Source of the DNA: Spirochaetota bacterium
Lineage (GTDB): Bacteria; Spirochaetota; JAHITG01; JAFGFC01
Reading direction: 5' to 3'
Assembly (NCBI GenBank): GCA_016931325.1
Contig: JAFGFC010000110.1
Coordinates: 13,710 to 77,709, forward strand
DNA: 64,000 nucleotides
The notes under the pieces are model-generated. The model ran no database searches and was not told the origin of the DNA. It saw nothing but the letters and a program-made list of their open reading frames with translations. Shown here piece after piece: positions 10,422-19,036 of the stretch. The translations under genes and the position numbers were made by a program. How positions within the stretch are numbered: position 1 is the first letter of the stretch; the number at the start of each line of letters is the position of its first letter.

Positions 10422-12427
10422 AATGAAAACTCTCCTTTAAGGGTAATAAAATGCTGGCCGGATAGTTTTTCCTCTGCTTCTTTGAAAAAAGGCCATTTTT
10501 TTGAGACCTGATCGTTCAGATAATAAGCAAAGCCATCGCGATGTTTTTCATCGATTTCAAAATCAATTCCGTATCCCAGGGTTATCCTGAAGCGATTGAT
10601 GACCTTCCACAAACAGCCGGCATAAACATTATAAAAGGTCCGGTCAAAGGAGTAAAAAACGCCTTTTTCTATGAATTCAGAATAATCATAATGTTTGATC
10701 CTTAAGGCTGTTTTTACATCCCATCTGGCGGTCAAGTTATAGACGAGAACAAGATGGCCTTCTCCGGTACCGCTTTGCCATTTCTTGTCCTGGCCAAAGA
10801 AGATATCTCTCTGATAATAGCGGTTGAACCAGAGATCGATCAGGACATGGATATCTTTTACAGGCTCTATTTTTACATTGTTTCTGGCCACGAATTTTTT
10901 ATAACAACCGAAAAGCGTTCTGTTATAGAAATTATTCTCGTCAAAATACACCGGGTAATTAAAAAAGCGGACTGTTTCATCAGCCTGTACAAGATCGATC
11001 TGTATGTCCCAGAAGAAGGGTATGAAGGCGACCTTGAATTTTGTTTTTGTGATCGAACGGAAAGTCATGACAGAGGGTGTGATCGAATCTAAAAAACCCG
11101 GGGAAAGCCGGATCGAATCCAGTTGGAAAGAAAGTTCTTCTTTGATGTTTTTTATGCCTGTACGCAAGCCGATGATGAATTCTTCACCCGAGAAGGAAGT
11201 TTCATAAAAATATATATTTTTGGGATAGGTCGAAGAATAGCTGGCATAATCAACAGGCAGATCGTATCCGTCACCCAGTACGGTCTTCATATAAAAACCG
11301 CCCTGTTTATTCTTTATCACATACTCTGTGAAAAGATCCAGAAAATCCACGATCTGAAGGTGGCCCATGACCCCGAAACGGGACAGGTTAAATTCATCAT
11401 CCTCAAGGAAAAGCGAATTCTGCTCGATCTGCAAACGGCCATCTGAAATGGGTGAGTTGATCCAATCCGAAGCATCCGGCCTCGGGTAATCATTCCCCTC
11501 CAGGATCCCTTTCTTTACCATTCCTAAAAGCCCTATTTTAGCCCTGCCGAAATCTCTTTTTAGAACACCGCCCAGCACGTCAAAATTTTTAAACAGGGAA
11601 CGGGCGAAAAACCCCTTGAATTCAAAATATCGGGAAAGGATCTGGGCAGCGATACCCCGGTAATTGTAACCCAGCTGGCTTGATTCCTGCCGCGTATCAT
11701 AGAATTCCACGGGGAAGACGAACCGGGCATAACCGCTGGAATAAATAATACTGTCCAGACTGTGTAACGGGTCGTACAGGCCAAAAGAAGGGCAGTGGTT
11801 AAAGAAAAGAAGTGAGAACATCTTTGTATGAAGGGCCAGTTTCGATTGATACAGGCCAAGCCCTCCTGAAAGCGAGGTGTCAAGAGAGAGAAGCGTGTCC
11901 AGAAAAACATTCTCATTAATATAGATATGAGGTTCAAGCTCCAGTATATGCTTTTCCATCAGGGATGATCCCCTGTTCTTTGAAAAATCATAATAGGGAA
12001 GAGCGAGAAATAAGTAATGCCCGTTCAAAAAGATCCTGTCCGATCCTTTGATGTTGGCTTTTTTAACATAGGTGACCTTGAAACTTTCTCCCCCTTCCAG
12101 TACCATCTTGCCATGGATGATCTTGAGCTCAAAGACAATATTATCAGAGGGGATCCACTGCTCGTCATCTATGACGAATTTATATTCATAACGCCCGGGT
12201 GAAAGAGTGACAGGAATACTCCAGATGCCCATTTCATCTTTTTCTAAAACAGTTCCTGTCTTGTCCCAGTTATTGAAATTACCGGCCAGGGTCACTTTCC
12301 CGGCCTGGGGATGTTCGATAGAGAAGACCACTTTTTCGTCACGGTCCAGTTCAAGGGGAAATATCTCATAACCGCTCAATTGAACTGAGCTCTGTAAAAG
12401 AATCAGTATGAAAATCAATCTTTTCAT
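10418..12427 (-). CDS. CBM48 glycogen-binding module fused to a large outer-membrane beta-barrel
   Basis: Signal peptide MKRLIFILILLQSSVQLSG. The N-terminus VVFSIEHPQAGKVTLAGNFNNWD...GIWSIPVTLSPGRYEYKFVIDDEQWIPSD fits CBM48. The remaining ~560 aa are beta-strand rich and end QHFITLKGEFSF. Confidence 0.7.
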   Translation of the reverse strand: MKRLIFILILLQSSVQLSGYEIFPLELDRDEKVVFSIEHPQAGKVTLAGNFNNWDKTGTVLEKDEMGIWSIPVTLSPGRYEYKFVIDDEQWIPSDNIVFELKIIHGKMVLEGGESFKVTYVKKANIKGSDRIFLNGHYLFLALPYYDFSKNRGSSLMEKHILELEPHIYINENVFLDTLLSLDTSLSGGLGLYQSKLALHTKMFSLLFFNHCPSFGLYDPLHSLDSIIYSSGYARFVFPVEFYDTRQESSQLGYNYRGIAAQILSRYFEFKGFFARSLFKNFDVLGGVLKRDFGRAKIGLLGMVKKGILEGNDYPRPDASDWINSPISDGRLQIEQNSLFLEDDEFNLSRFGVMGHLQIVDFLDLFTEYVIKNKQGGFYMKTVLGDGYDLPVDYASYSSTYPKNIYFYETSFSGEEFIIGLRTGIKNIKEELSFQLDSIRLSPGFLDSITPSVMTFRSITKTKFKVAFIPFFWDIQIDLVQADETVRFFNYPVYFDENNFYNRTLFGCYKKFVARNNVKIEPVKDIHVLIDLWFNRYYQRDIFFGQDKKWQSGTGEGHLVLVYNLTARWDVKTALRIKHYDYSEFIEKGVFYSFDRTFYNVYAGCLWKVINRFRITLGYGIDFEIDEKHRDGFAYYLNDQVSKKWPFFKEAEEKLSGQHFITLKGEFSF

Positions 12428-12429
12428 GT

Positions 12430-13932
12430 TTAAAAGCTTACCTTTAAATAAAGATGTATCTTATGTTCCATATTATTGTCCGATTCCACAAAGTCATCGT
12501 CGTTCACCAGGTCATTGTTGACAAAACTGTCATTCCCATACTCGAGATAAAAATCCGTGCCGGGGCCGAAATTGTACTGGATCTGGGACCAGAGCGTATT
12601 GCGGCTCCGGTAGATCTCATCGACGACAAGAACACGGTTCAGACTTTTTAGTCTTTTAGTAATATTGATCGAGAATTCACTGCCATAGATATAACGAAGA
12701 TATTCTGACTTTATATTCTTTATCTTGAACTGAAGTTTAACAAAGGTGATCTCGTCGTTCATGGTCAGCTCCCAGAATAGATGAGACCATCTGTCATCCT
12801 GAAGATAGACAGATTGAGTGGTCCCGTCCAGTTTGGTGATCTGTATCCTGTCCCAGTTAAACTGATGTAATGTTTGATACCATATTTTAAGGTTGAAATT
12901 ATTGATGAATTCAATATAACTCTCGAAAAAATCATCTGTCTGGCTGTACGTAATTGTATGTTTTTTGTAATAATCCCTGTGATAGGTGAATGTTACGGCT
13001 TTTAAGGGTGGCCGGTATTTCGTCTCGACAAAGTAACCCCTCTGGTCATACCGGTTATCATTGTCGTACTCTTTGGAAAGATAGGCCCTGAAATGCTCTC
13101 CTATCTCTCTGGCAGATAAAATAAGATCAATATCACCGGCCCCCAGGCCGAGAGCCTGAAAATCAAGATTCCTGCGATATTCGATCTTGAAGGCGTCATC
13201 ATTCTCTTTCAGGGTATAATCGCCGGGGGTGTCGCTTTTTGCGCCTTCTACCGTAAAATAATTTTTCAGAATATTGAACCACACATCAGCGGCAACGACC
13301 ACATTGTAATTATTCAAGCCCCCGGGCCATTTCTTGTAAGTGGTTGTGGCGCCCAGGCGCAGCTTTTCTTTTATCAGATCATCGTAGACCCTCAGGCCAT
13401 AACCGTCGACCTGCTGTTCATACATATGGGCATTGAAAAATTTCAGGTGAAACCCGGGCATGAACCCATCCATCTCCAGAGACGCCCCTGCTACTTTTGA
13501 CGTGTCGGTGGCCCCATCGTAATCCCATTTGTCTTTGTCATTGTTCACCAGATTTAAAAGCGGATCGCCCAGGAAGAAGCGGTTCTGTTTGGCAAAAAGA
13601 AAGATATCAAACCGGTCCCGGCTGCCTATTCTGTAATGAACATGGGACTCGGCCAGTTGAAAGAGCTGATTTTTATACTGGGAATTTTCTCCATAAGCCG
13701 TATGATCATAGTTGGCATAGGTTTTTATAAAAAAATCAACGCTTTCCAGAGGATTGGTAAAGAAACGAAGTTCCAATCTGTGCCAGGGATAATCCAGCTG
13801 CCATTTATAACTGCCTGTATCACGCCTGATATCGAACGATGTCTCATAACTCCCGTTCAGGTATGTTTCAGCCTGAATGCCAAGCGGAAGACCAAGCAGG
13901 ATAATGATTAAATTTATGATCGGTTTCATCAT
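12430..13932 (-). CDS. Large outer-membrane beta-barrel protein
   Basis: Signal peptide MMKPIINLIIILLGLPLGIQAETY. Aromatic-rich alternating strands. Ends HKIHLYLKVSF. Only 2 nt separate it from the next gene, and it has an ATGA overlap with the upstream gene. Confidence 0.55.
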   Translation of the reverse strand: MMKPIINLIIILLGLPLGIQAETYLNGSYETSFDIRRDTGSYKWQLDYPWHRLELRFFTNPLESVDFFIKTYANYDHTAYGENSQYKNQLFQLAESHVHYRIGSRDRFDIFLFAKQNRFFLGDPLLNLVNNDKDKWDYDGATDTSKVAGASLEMDGFMPGFHLKFFNAHMYEQQVDGYGLRVYDDLIKEKLRLGATTTYKKWPGGLNNYNVVVAADVWFNILKNYFTVEGAKSDTPGDYTLKENDDAFKIEYRRNLDFQALGLGAGDIDLILSAREIGEHFRAYLSKEYDNDNRYDQRGYFVETKYRPPLKAVTFTYHRDYYKKHTITYSQTDDFFESYIEFINNFNLKIWYQTLHQFNWDRIQITKLDGTTQSVYLQDDRWSHLFWELTMNDEITFVKLQFKIKNIKSEYLRYIYGSEFSINITKRLKSLNRVLVVDEIYRSRNTLWSQIQYNFGPGTDFYLEYGNDSFVNNDLVNDDDFVESDNNMEHKIHLYLKVSF

Positions 13933-14786
13933 AGTTCAAACGTAATATCGAGTTGATACTGGTTGCCCAGATCAGAATGGGCCATCAGTCCAAAATCGAT
14001 TCTCATGTAGGGGAAGGCCAGGCCGATCCCCAGATTCGCTGTCTCGTTTTTTCCCATCCCGGCGCGTACCGCTACTGTTCGATAAAAAATGAATTCGCTG
14101 CCAATTTTGGTAAGGGGTTCGAGTCCTTTGATGAATTCTTCCTCTATAAAGATAGAAAAATCCCTGATAACATTTATTTTTGATCCAAGCTCAAAGGATG
14201 TGGTATTTTTTGTGATGATAGTTTCCTTTGAAAAAGCCAGCCTGGGATTATTCAAGTTTTTTCCTGAAAGGCCCACAAGGAAGAATTTGTTTAAATAAAA
14301 GATCAAGCCGAAATCAAAAGAAAAATGATTGATCCTGTCATTGATAGAATCCACTTCATCAGCCTCTTTTTCGAGCGTGTCCAGGATATATTTAAAAGAT
14401 AACCCTGCATGAAGGTTCCGGGAGAAAGAATACGAGAGAGACAACACAAAGAGGGTATGAGCGTAAAGATCTTCTGCGGTTATATTATATAACCCCGCGC
14501 CGAATCGAAAGGCCCGATAGGGTATGATGGCTGTCCCTCTGAGATAATAGAAATTATCAATGGAATAGATCGGCATGTAGGATAAAAGGAGGCTGTATTT
14601 TGATATTGAAAAGAGGCTGGCTGCGTTATTAAAAACAGCGTTAGGATCTTCTGTTACAGCGGACTGGACTCCCCCCAGGGCCAGACTTTTAGCCCCCCTG
14701 ATCATTTCCGCTCGGGCAGAGGGAATCAGCAGGATGAAAATAAGTATGCCAACGATATATTTTTTCATGGTCTTTTTTCTCATCAT
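13929..14786 (-). CDS. PorV/PorQ-like outer-membrane beta-barrel protein
   Basis: Signal peptide ...ILIFILLIPSARAEM. GAKSLALGGVQSAVTEDPNAVFNNAASL matches the PorV/PorQ-family N-terminal motif. About 260 mature residues of alternating strands. Confidence 0.6.
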   Translation of the reverse strand: MMRKKTMKKYIVGILIFILLIPSARAEMIRGAKSLALGGVQSAVTEDPNAVFNNAASLFSISKYSLLLSYMPIYSIDNFYYLRGTAIIPYRAFRFGAGLYNITAEDLYAHTLFVLSLSYSFSRNLHAGLSFKYILDTLEKEADEVDSINDRINHFSFDFGLIFYLNKFFLVGLSGKNLNNPRLAFSKETIITKNTTSFELGSKINVIRDFSIFIEEEFIKGLEPLTKIGSEFIFYRTVAVRAGMGKNETANLGIGLAFPYMRIDFGLMAHSDLGNQYQLDITFEL

Positions 14787-15919
14787 TCAATGAGAAAAAC
14801 AGGGATCTTTTTCACAATGGATATACCCATACTTTTCGCTTTAATATGGATCAGATACAATCCTGAATGTTGCTTGACGCCCCTGTCATCTGTCCCAAGC
14901 CATTCAAGACTCTGGTATCCGCCGGTTAACGAGGCATTGTCCTGAAGGGTTGATATCAGTTTGCCTTCTATATGATAGATCCTGGCTGTTACTCTGGCGT
15001 CTTTTGAGAGAAGATAGCGTATTGCGACGCTATCATTGACACCATCATCATTAGGAGAAAAGGACTTGTGGTCCACCTGGACATTTCTGATCTCCAGGGG
15101 CTGAAACTTCAAAGCGGTCACATTAATCGCCACCGTTGTATTATCCCTGATCCCCACCCCTATATCGGGAAGGCCGTTTGTGTCATTATCCAGTGTGATG
15201 ATCAGAAAATTATCCAGTATAATGGGTATGATGGAATCCGCGGGAAGGGTGTCTGAAGGATCAGGCGCTCCATCAGGCCCGCTTCGATCATCGCCAGCCA
15301 CAACCGCACCGACTATCTTTAACACAGCATTCGTTATGATATTAAAATCTCCCCGGGAGTACAGGACATTCCAGGGGATTTTGGCTTCCATGGCCCCGTC
15401 AAAAGAGCCCTGAAATGTCGCTTTAGATTGGATATCCCAGGTCTTTTCCGCGGCATTTTCTTCAGAAAGGATCTTCCAGAATTGAGGGGTATCGTTCCCG
15501 TCCCATGAGGCCAGAAAAAAATCCGGTGAGATATTTTCAAAGCTTATGATCCTTCTCCAGGCATTCAAGGAGGATACAGTATTTATTCCGTTGGTCTGCC
15601 CTGTATCAAAATAAAGGATCATGGAATTATCAGCGCAACTTCCATCCAGGCTGACATAAAGGTATTGTCTGTCCCAGGTCAGCTTTATTCTCGAAATATC
15701 ATTTCCCGTGCCCCATCGCGAGTCATTTTCTGATTCATGGAAAATACCGGTCAGATCAGGCGAGAGAAGGATCTGATCTGATTCGATGTCAAAATCAGAG
15801 CTGATACCGTCAATGGTTATCTGAGACGATTTGTTATCAGCCGATCGGCTGATAAGTTGTCCGGTAGAAAGGGTTCCCCACAGAACAAGGAAAAAGAAAA
15901 TTTTTATTGCCCAATTCAT
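14783..15919 (-). CDS. Secreted glycan-binding-like protein with FlgD-Ig / T9SS-type C-terminal domain
   Basis: Signal peptide MNWAIKIFFFLVLWGTLSTGQ. The N-terminal ITIDGISSDFD...LTWDRQYLYVSLDG domain resembles the CBM9-like segment of the giant GH13. The C-terminus FSPNDDGVNDSVAIRYLL...ARIYHIEGKLISTL...LEWLGTDDRGVKQHSGLYLIHIKA fits the FlgD Ig-like pattern. Confidence 0.6.
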   Translation of the reverse strand: MNWAIKIFFFLVLWGTLSTGQLISRSADNKSSQITIDGISSDFDIESDQILLSPDLTGIFHESENDSRWGTGNDISRIKLTWDRQYLYVSLDGSCADNSMILYFDTGQTNGINTVSSLNAWRRIISFENISPDFFLASWDGNDTPQFWKILSEENAAEKTWDIQSKATFQGSFDGAMEAKIPWNVLYSRGDFNIITNAVLKIVGAVVAGDDRSGPDGAPDPSDTLPADSIIPIILDNFLIITLDNDTNGLPDIGVGIRDNTTVAINVTALKFQPLEIRNVQVDHKSFSPNDDGVNDSVAIRYLLSKDARVTARIYHIEGKLISTLQDNASLTGGYQSLEWLGTDDRGVKQHSGLYLIHIKAKSMGISIVKKIPVFLIE

Positions 15920-15949
15920 AGTGCGAATGTCAGGGTGACAGAATCCGGT

Positions 15950-16936
15950 TCAATTACGCTTTCGGCCAAAGGTCATGATGTCCTGAATGGAATATTTTTT
16001 TGTTTCTGCCAACAGTTCCATTATATTGATCTGGGTATAACAGACACCTTTATCGTAGTAAATGGTCTTATTGGCCGAATTCTCTTTGTTGTTCTTTAAA
16101 ATATCTATAAGTGAAAGGAGGGAATTGGTGAAAAGAGCGATCCTGTTAATATCCCCTGACACAGCGATCTCTGTTTTTAACAGAGAACTAATCCCCTCCC
16201 TGGTCGCGCCAAAAGAAGCCACCTTGATCTCGATATCTTTTCTCATTTTACGTAGTTCACGGCCTAAGAGGACAGCCTGCGGATCTTCATCAACGATAAT
16301 TCCCCTGAGATCATTTGAAAGATGTGAGACCCAGAAGGAAAGCCTGTTCTTATCAAGTTTTTCCGGGTTGTCATAATAATTTGTAAAAACAGCAATATTA
16401 TTCTTCTCCTTCAGATACAGGGAAATGGAATGAACAAGCTGCTGCTGCCTCTCTGACGGGATTTTACAAAGAAAAAAAAGGAAAGAGTTCCTTTTTTTTC
16501 TGGTGAATTGGCAGAAAAGATCTCCCAGTCTCCTCCCCAGGTCTGAAAAATCAGTTCCAATGAAAAAATCATAGTATTGTTCATTGGTGATGTTGCTGGA
16601 GATCAGGGCTAATTTGATATCCCTTCTTTTTAGCATGCGGTATAATTTTTCAAGACGGTCGATATCCTCTTCTTCCGCAATAACAACGGATGCGCCCTTT
16701 TTAACAAAAAAGGCCACGTCTGACCGCAGGCGGGAAGAAGGAGAACAGGCGAATATCTTGAAATTCTCCTTGAAGGATATTTCCTTGGCTGTTTTTTCAA
16801 TTTCCTGATTCAGGTAGTGAAGGTTTTTATTTTTAAAATACAATCCGATTATATTATTCTGCTGTTTGCCGGCATAACAGCTCCAGAAGAGTAACGATAT
16901 CAAGATCAAAATATATGTTTTGATCTTCCGCATCAT
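15950..16936 (-). CDS. Exported, possibly lipidated, periplasmic-binding-protein type I-like protein (putative sugar binder or sensor)
   Basis: Signal peptide ILILISLLFWSC. Alternating beta-alpha pattern with VVIAEEEDIDRLEKLYRMLKRRDIKLALISS...FFIGTDFSDLGRRLG and LRGIIVDEDPQAVLLGRELRKM..IKVASFG, reminiscent of LacI/ribose-binding folds. The assignment is weak. Confidence 0.4.
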   Translation of the reverse strand: MMRKIKTYILILISLLFWSCYAGKQQNNIIGLYFKNKNLHYLNQEIEKTAKEISFKENFKIFACSPSSRLRSDVAFFVKKGASVVIAEEEDIDRLEKLYRMLKRRDIKLALISSNITNEQYYDFFIGTDFSDLGRRLGDLFCQFTRKKRNSFLFFLCKIPSERQQQLVHSISLYLKEKNNIAVFTNYYDNPEKLDKNRLSFWVSHLSNDLRGIIVDEDPQAVLLGRELRKMRKDIEIKVASFGATREGISSLLKTEIAVSGDINRIALFTNSLLSLIDILKNNKENSANKTIYYDKGVCYTQINIMELLAETKKYSIQDIMTFGRKRN

Positions 16937-16951
16937 ACTGTTTTTATGATC

Positions 16952-18238
16952 CTATTTACGCTTGGCGCTAAGAGAATGAAATAAGAGTTTTTCTTTTTGG
17001 GCCATTTTTGATATAAAAGGCTGCAGGTGGGCCAGTTTTTCCTTGGATAAATGAACGATCCCGATCCGTTTTATAAAATGATAAACACCCAGCTGGGAAT
17101 AAAAGCGGGCGCTTCCCATGGTGGGCAGTGTATGATTGGGTCCGGCAATATAATCTCCGGCTGATTCAGGGGAGTAAGATCCCAGAAAGATACAACCGGC
17201 ATTCTTTACCAGAGGCAGATATTTAAAGGGCGAATCCAACATGATTTCTAAATGTTCGGGGGCGATGGTGTTGGAGATCTTAAAAGCCTTATGAAGACTA
17301 TCGACGATAACGGCCTTGCCATGGGTTTTAATGGATTCCATTGCGATCGGGTTCTTATACTTGTTCAAGAGGGTGTTTAAAGATTTTCTGACCTTTCCGG
17401 CCAGAGATTTGCTTGGCGTAATTAAAATAGATGTGGCCATCTCATCATGCTCAGCCTGTGATAAAAGGTCTAACGCGATATGTTCAGGATTGGATGTTTC
17501 ATCCGCTATGATCACCACTTCGGTAGGCCCGGCGATCATATCGATATCAACATCACCGAAAACAAGTTTCTTAGCCATGGTCACATAAATATTACCCGGC
17601 CCGCAAATCTTGTCGACCCGGGGAATGGACTGTGTGCCATAGGCAAAAGCAGCGATAGCATGGGCGCCGCCAATTTTAAAAAGGTGTCTTATGTTTAAAA
17701 GATGTAACGTGGCCAGTATCTCATCCGGCACGGGTTTGTTATTTATCACCGGTGTGGTGATATAAATATTCTTTACTCCGGCTATCCGGGCGGGAATGAC
17801 GTTCATAATGATAGTGGAGGGATAAAGGGCTTTGCCTCCCGGTATATAGATCCCTACATTTTCAATAGGGGTGACGATCTGGCCTGTTATCTCGATGCCA
17901 TCCGCATCATCACGAAGCAAAAAGCCGCACTCTTTTTGAGAGTTATGGAATTTTTTAATTCGATCGATGCTCTTTTTTAAAGACTCTATAAAAAAAGGAT
18001 CGTTCTTTAAATATTTTTTGTAGGCTTTTTCAAAATTGCTCTTTTTCTCCTTGAGACCGAATCGGGTGAGATCGGTTTTATCAAAACCGAGAGCATAGCG
18101 GAAAAGAGCCTGATCTTTGTTCTTCCTGACATCATTAATGATAGAACTGACCCTTTCTTCAATACTGGTCATGTCATATTTGGCCAGCTGACGGAGAGAT
18201 TCCGGATTAAAATCCTTGTGATCGATAATTTTTAACAT
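16952..18238 (-). CDS. hisD: Histidinol dehydrogenase
   Basis: MLKIIDHKDF... with GIYIPGGKALYPSTIIMNVIPARIAGV, KICGPGNIYV, LSQAEHDE and DYIAGPNHTLPT motifs. ATG at 18238 overlaps the upstream TAA (TAATG). The tracked ORF is over-extended to 18322. Confidence 0.95.
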   Translation of the reverse strand: MLKIIDHKDFNPESLRQLAKYDMTSIEERVSSIINDVRKNKDQALFRYALGFDKTDLTRFGLKEKKSNFEKAYKKYLKNDPFFIESLKKSIDRIKKFHNSQKECGFLLRDDADGIEITGQIVTPIENVGIYIPGGKALYPSTIIMNVIPARIAGVKNIYITTPVINNKPVPDEILATLHLLNIRHLFKIGGAHAIAAFAYGTQSIPRVDKICGPGNIYVTMAKKLVFGDVDIDMIAGPTEVVIIADETSNPEHIALDLLSQAEHDEMATSILITPSKSLAGKVRKSLNTLLNKYKNPIAMESIKTHGKAVIVDSLHKAFKISNTIAPEHLEIMLDSPFKYLPLVKNAGCIFLGSYSPESAGDYIAGPNHTLPTMGSARFYSQLGVYHFIKRIGIVHLSKEKLAHLQPFISKMAQKEKLLFHSLSAKRK

Positions 18239-19023
18239 TATTTTCCCTCTGGTATCGGTTTGGCCTCTGGCCTGACCTGAGATTGAATAAAAAGGACACG
18301 CATTCTGGCTTCCCTGGCCCATGGGCTCTGGGGATGTTCATTTATCAGCTGGTTATAATATTGAAAAGCCTGATTGATGGCATTGGACAGTTCATGGATC
18401 TTTCCCAGCTGAAATAAGGCTTCCGCCTTCGCTGTGCCTTTAGGATACTCATGGATTATTTTTTGATAGGCCTGAACAGCTCCCTGGAAATTATTCAGCT
18501 GTTCATTGCAGCGGCCTACATTGAGCAATGCCAGGTCAGCAAAATATTTTTTAGAATACCTGTCGTAATATTCCTGATACTTGTTCAACGCATTATTGTA
18601 ATCCCCCAGATCATAGTAGGCATGGCCCTGATAGAATAAAGCGTCAGCGGCCGGGGGTGTATTGGAGAACTGATTAATGACGTATTGAAAACGCTTTATG
18701 CTTTCACCCATTTGATTCGCCCTTTCCTCGGGCGAAAGTTCAGGGTCGGACAAAGCCTTCCTGTAGGCGCCCAGGCCGTATTCAAAGTATGTATTGGCCT
18801 CGTTTACCTTATCGTAATAGTTTTTCAGATAGATCGGTGTGGCGATGATGAGGACACCTATGATCGCCAGTATGGTATAAGCCGTGGTTTTGTGCTGGAT
18901 AATCAGATGCCTGAGGTATAATCCTATATCAACAAGAATATTTTTTTTCATATCCTTGCGTTTTATTTTGCCAAAGATCTTATCCAGATTGAAATCTAAT
19001 TTAAAAGGTAATTTGAATGCCAT
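18238..19023 (-). CDS. Membrane-anchored tetratricopeptide-repeat protein (YbgF/CpoB-like repeats)
   Basis: One N-terminal TM helix (AYTILAIIGVLIIATPIYL), followed by TPR-like repeats: FYQGHAYYDLGDYNNALNKYQEYYDRY, ALLNVGRCNEQLNNFQGAVQAYQKIIHEYP and ALFQLGKIHELSNAINQAFQYYNQLINEHP. Confidence 0.7.
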   Translation of the reverse strand: MAFKLPFKLDFNLDKIFGKIKRKDMKKNILVDIGLYLRHLIIQHKTTAYTILAIIGVLIIATPIYLKNYYDKVNEANTYFEYGLGAYRKALSDPELSPEERANQMGESIKRFQYVINQFSNTPPAADALFYQGHAYYDLGDYNNALNKYQEYYDRYSKKYFADLALLNVGRCNEQLNNFQGAVQAYQKIIHEYPKGTAKAEALFQLGKIHELSNAINQAFQYYNQLINEHPQSPWAREARMRVLFIQSQVRPEAKPIPEGK

Positions 19024-19036
19024 GAGATTCTCCTCA

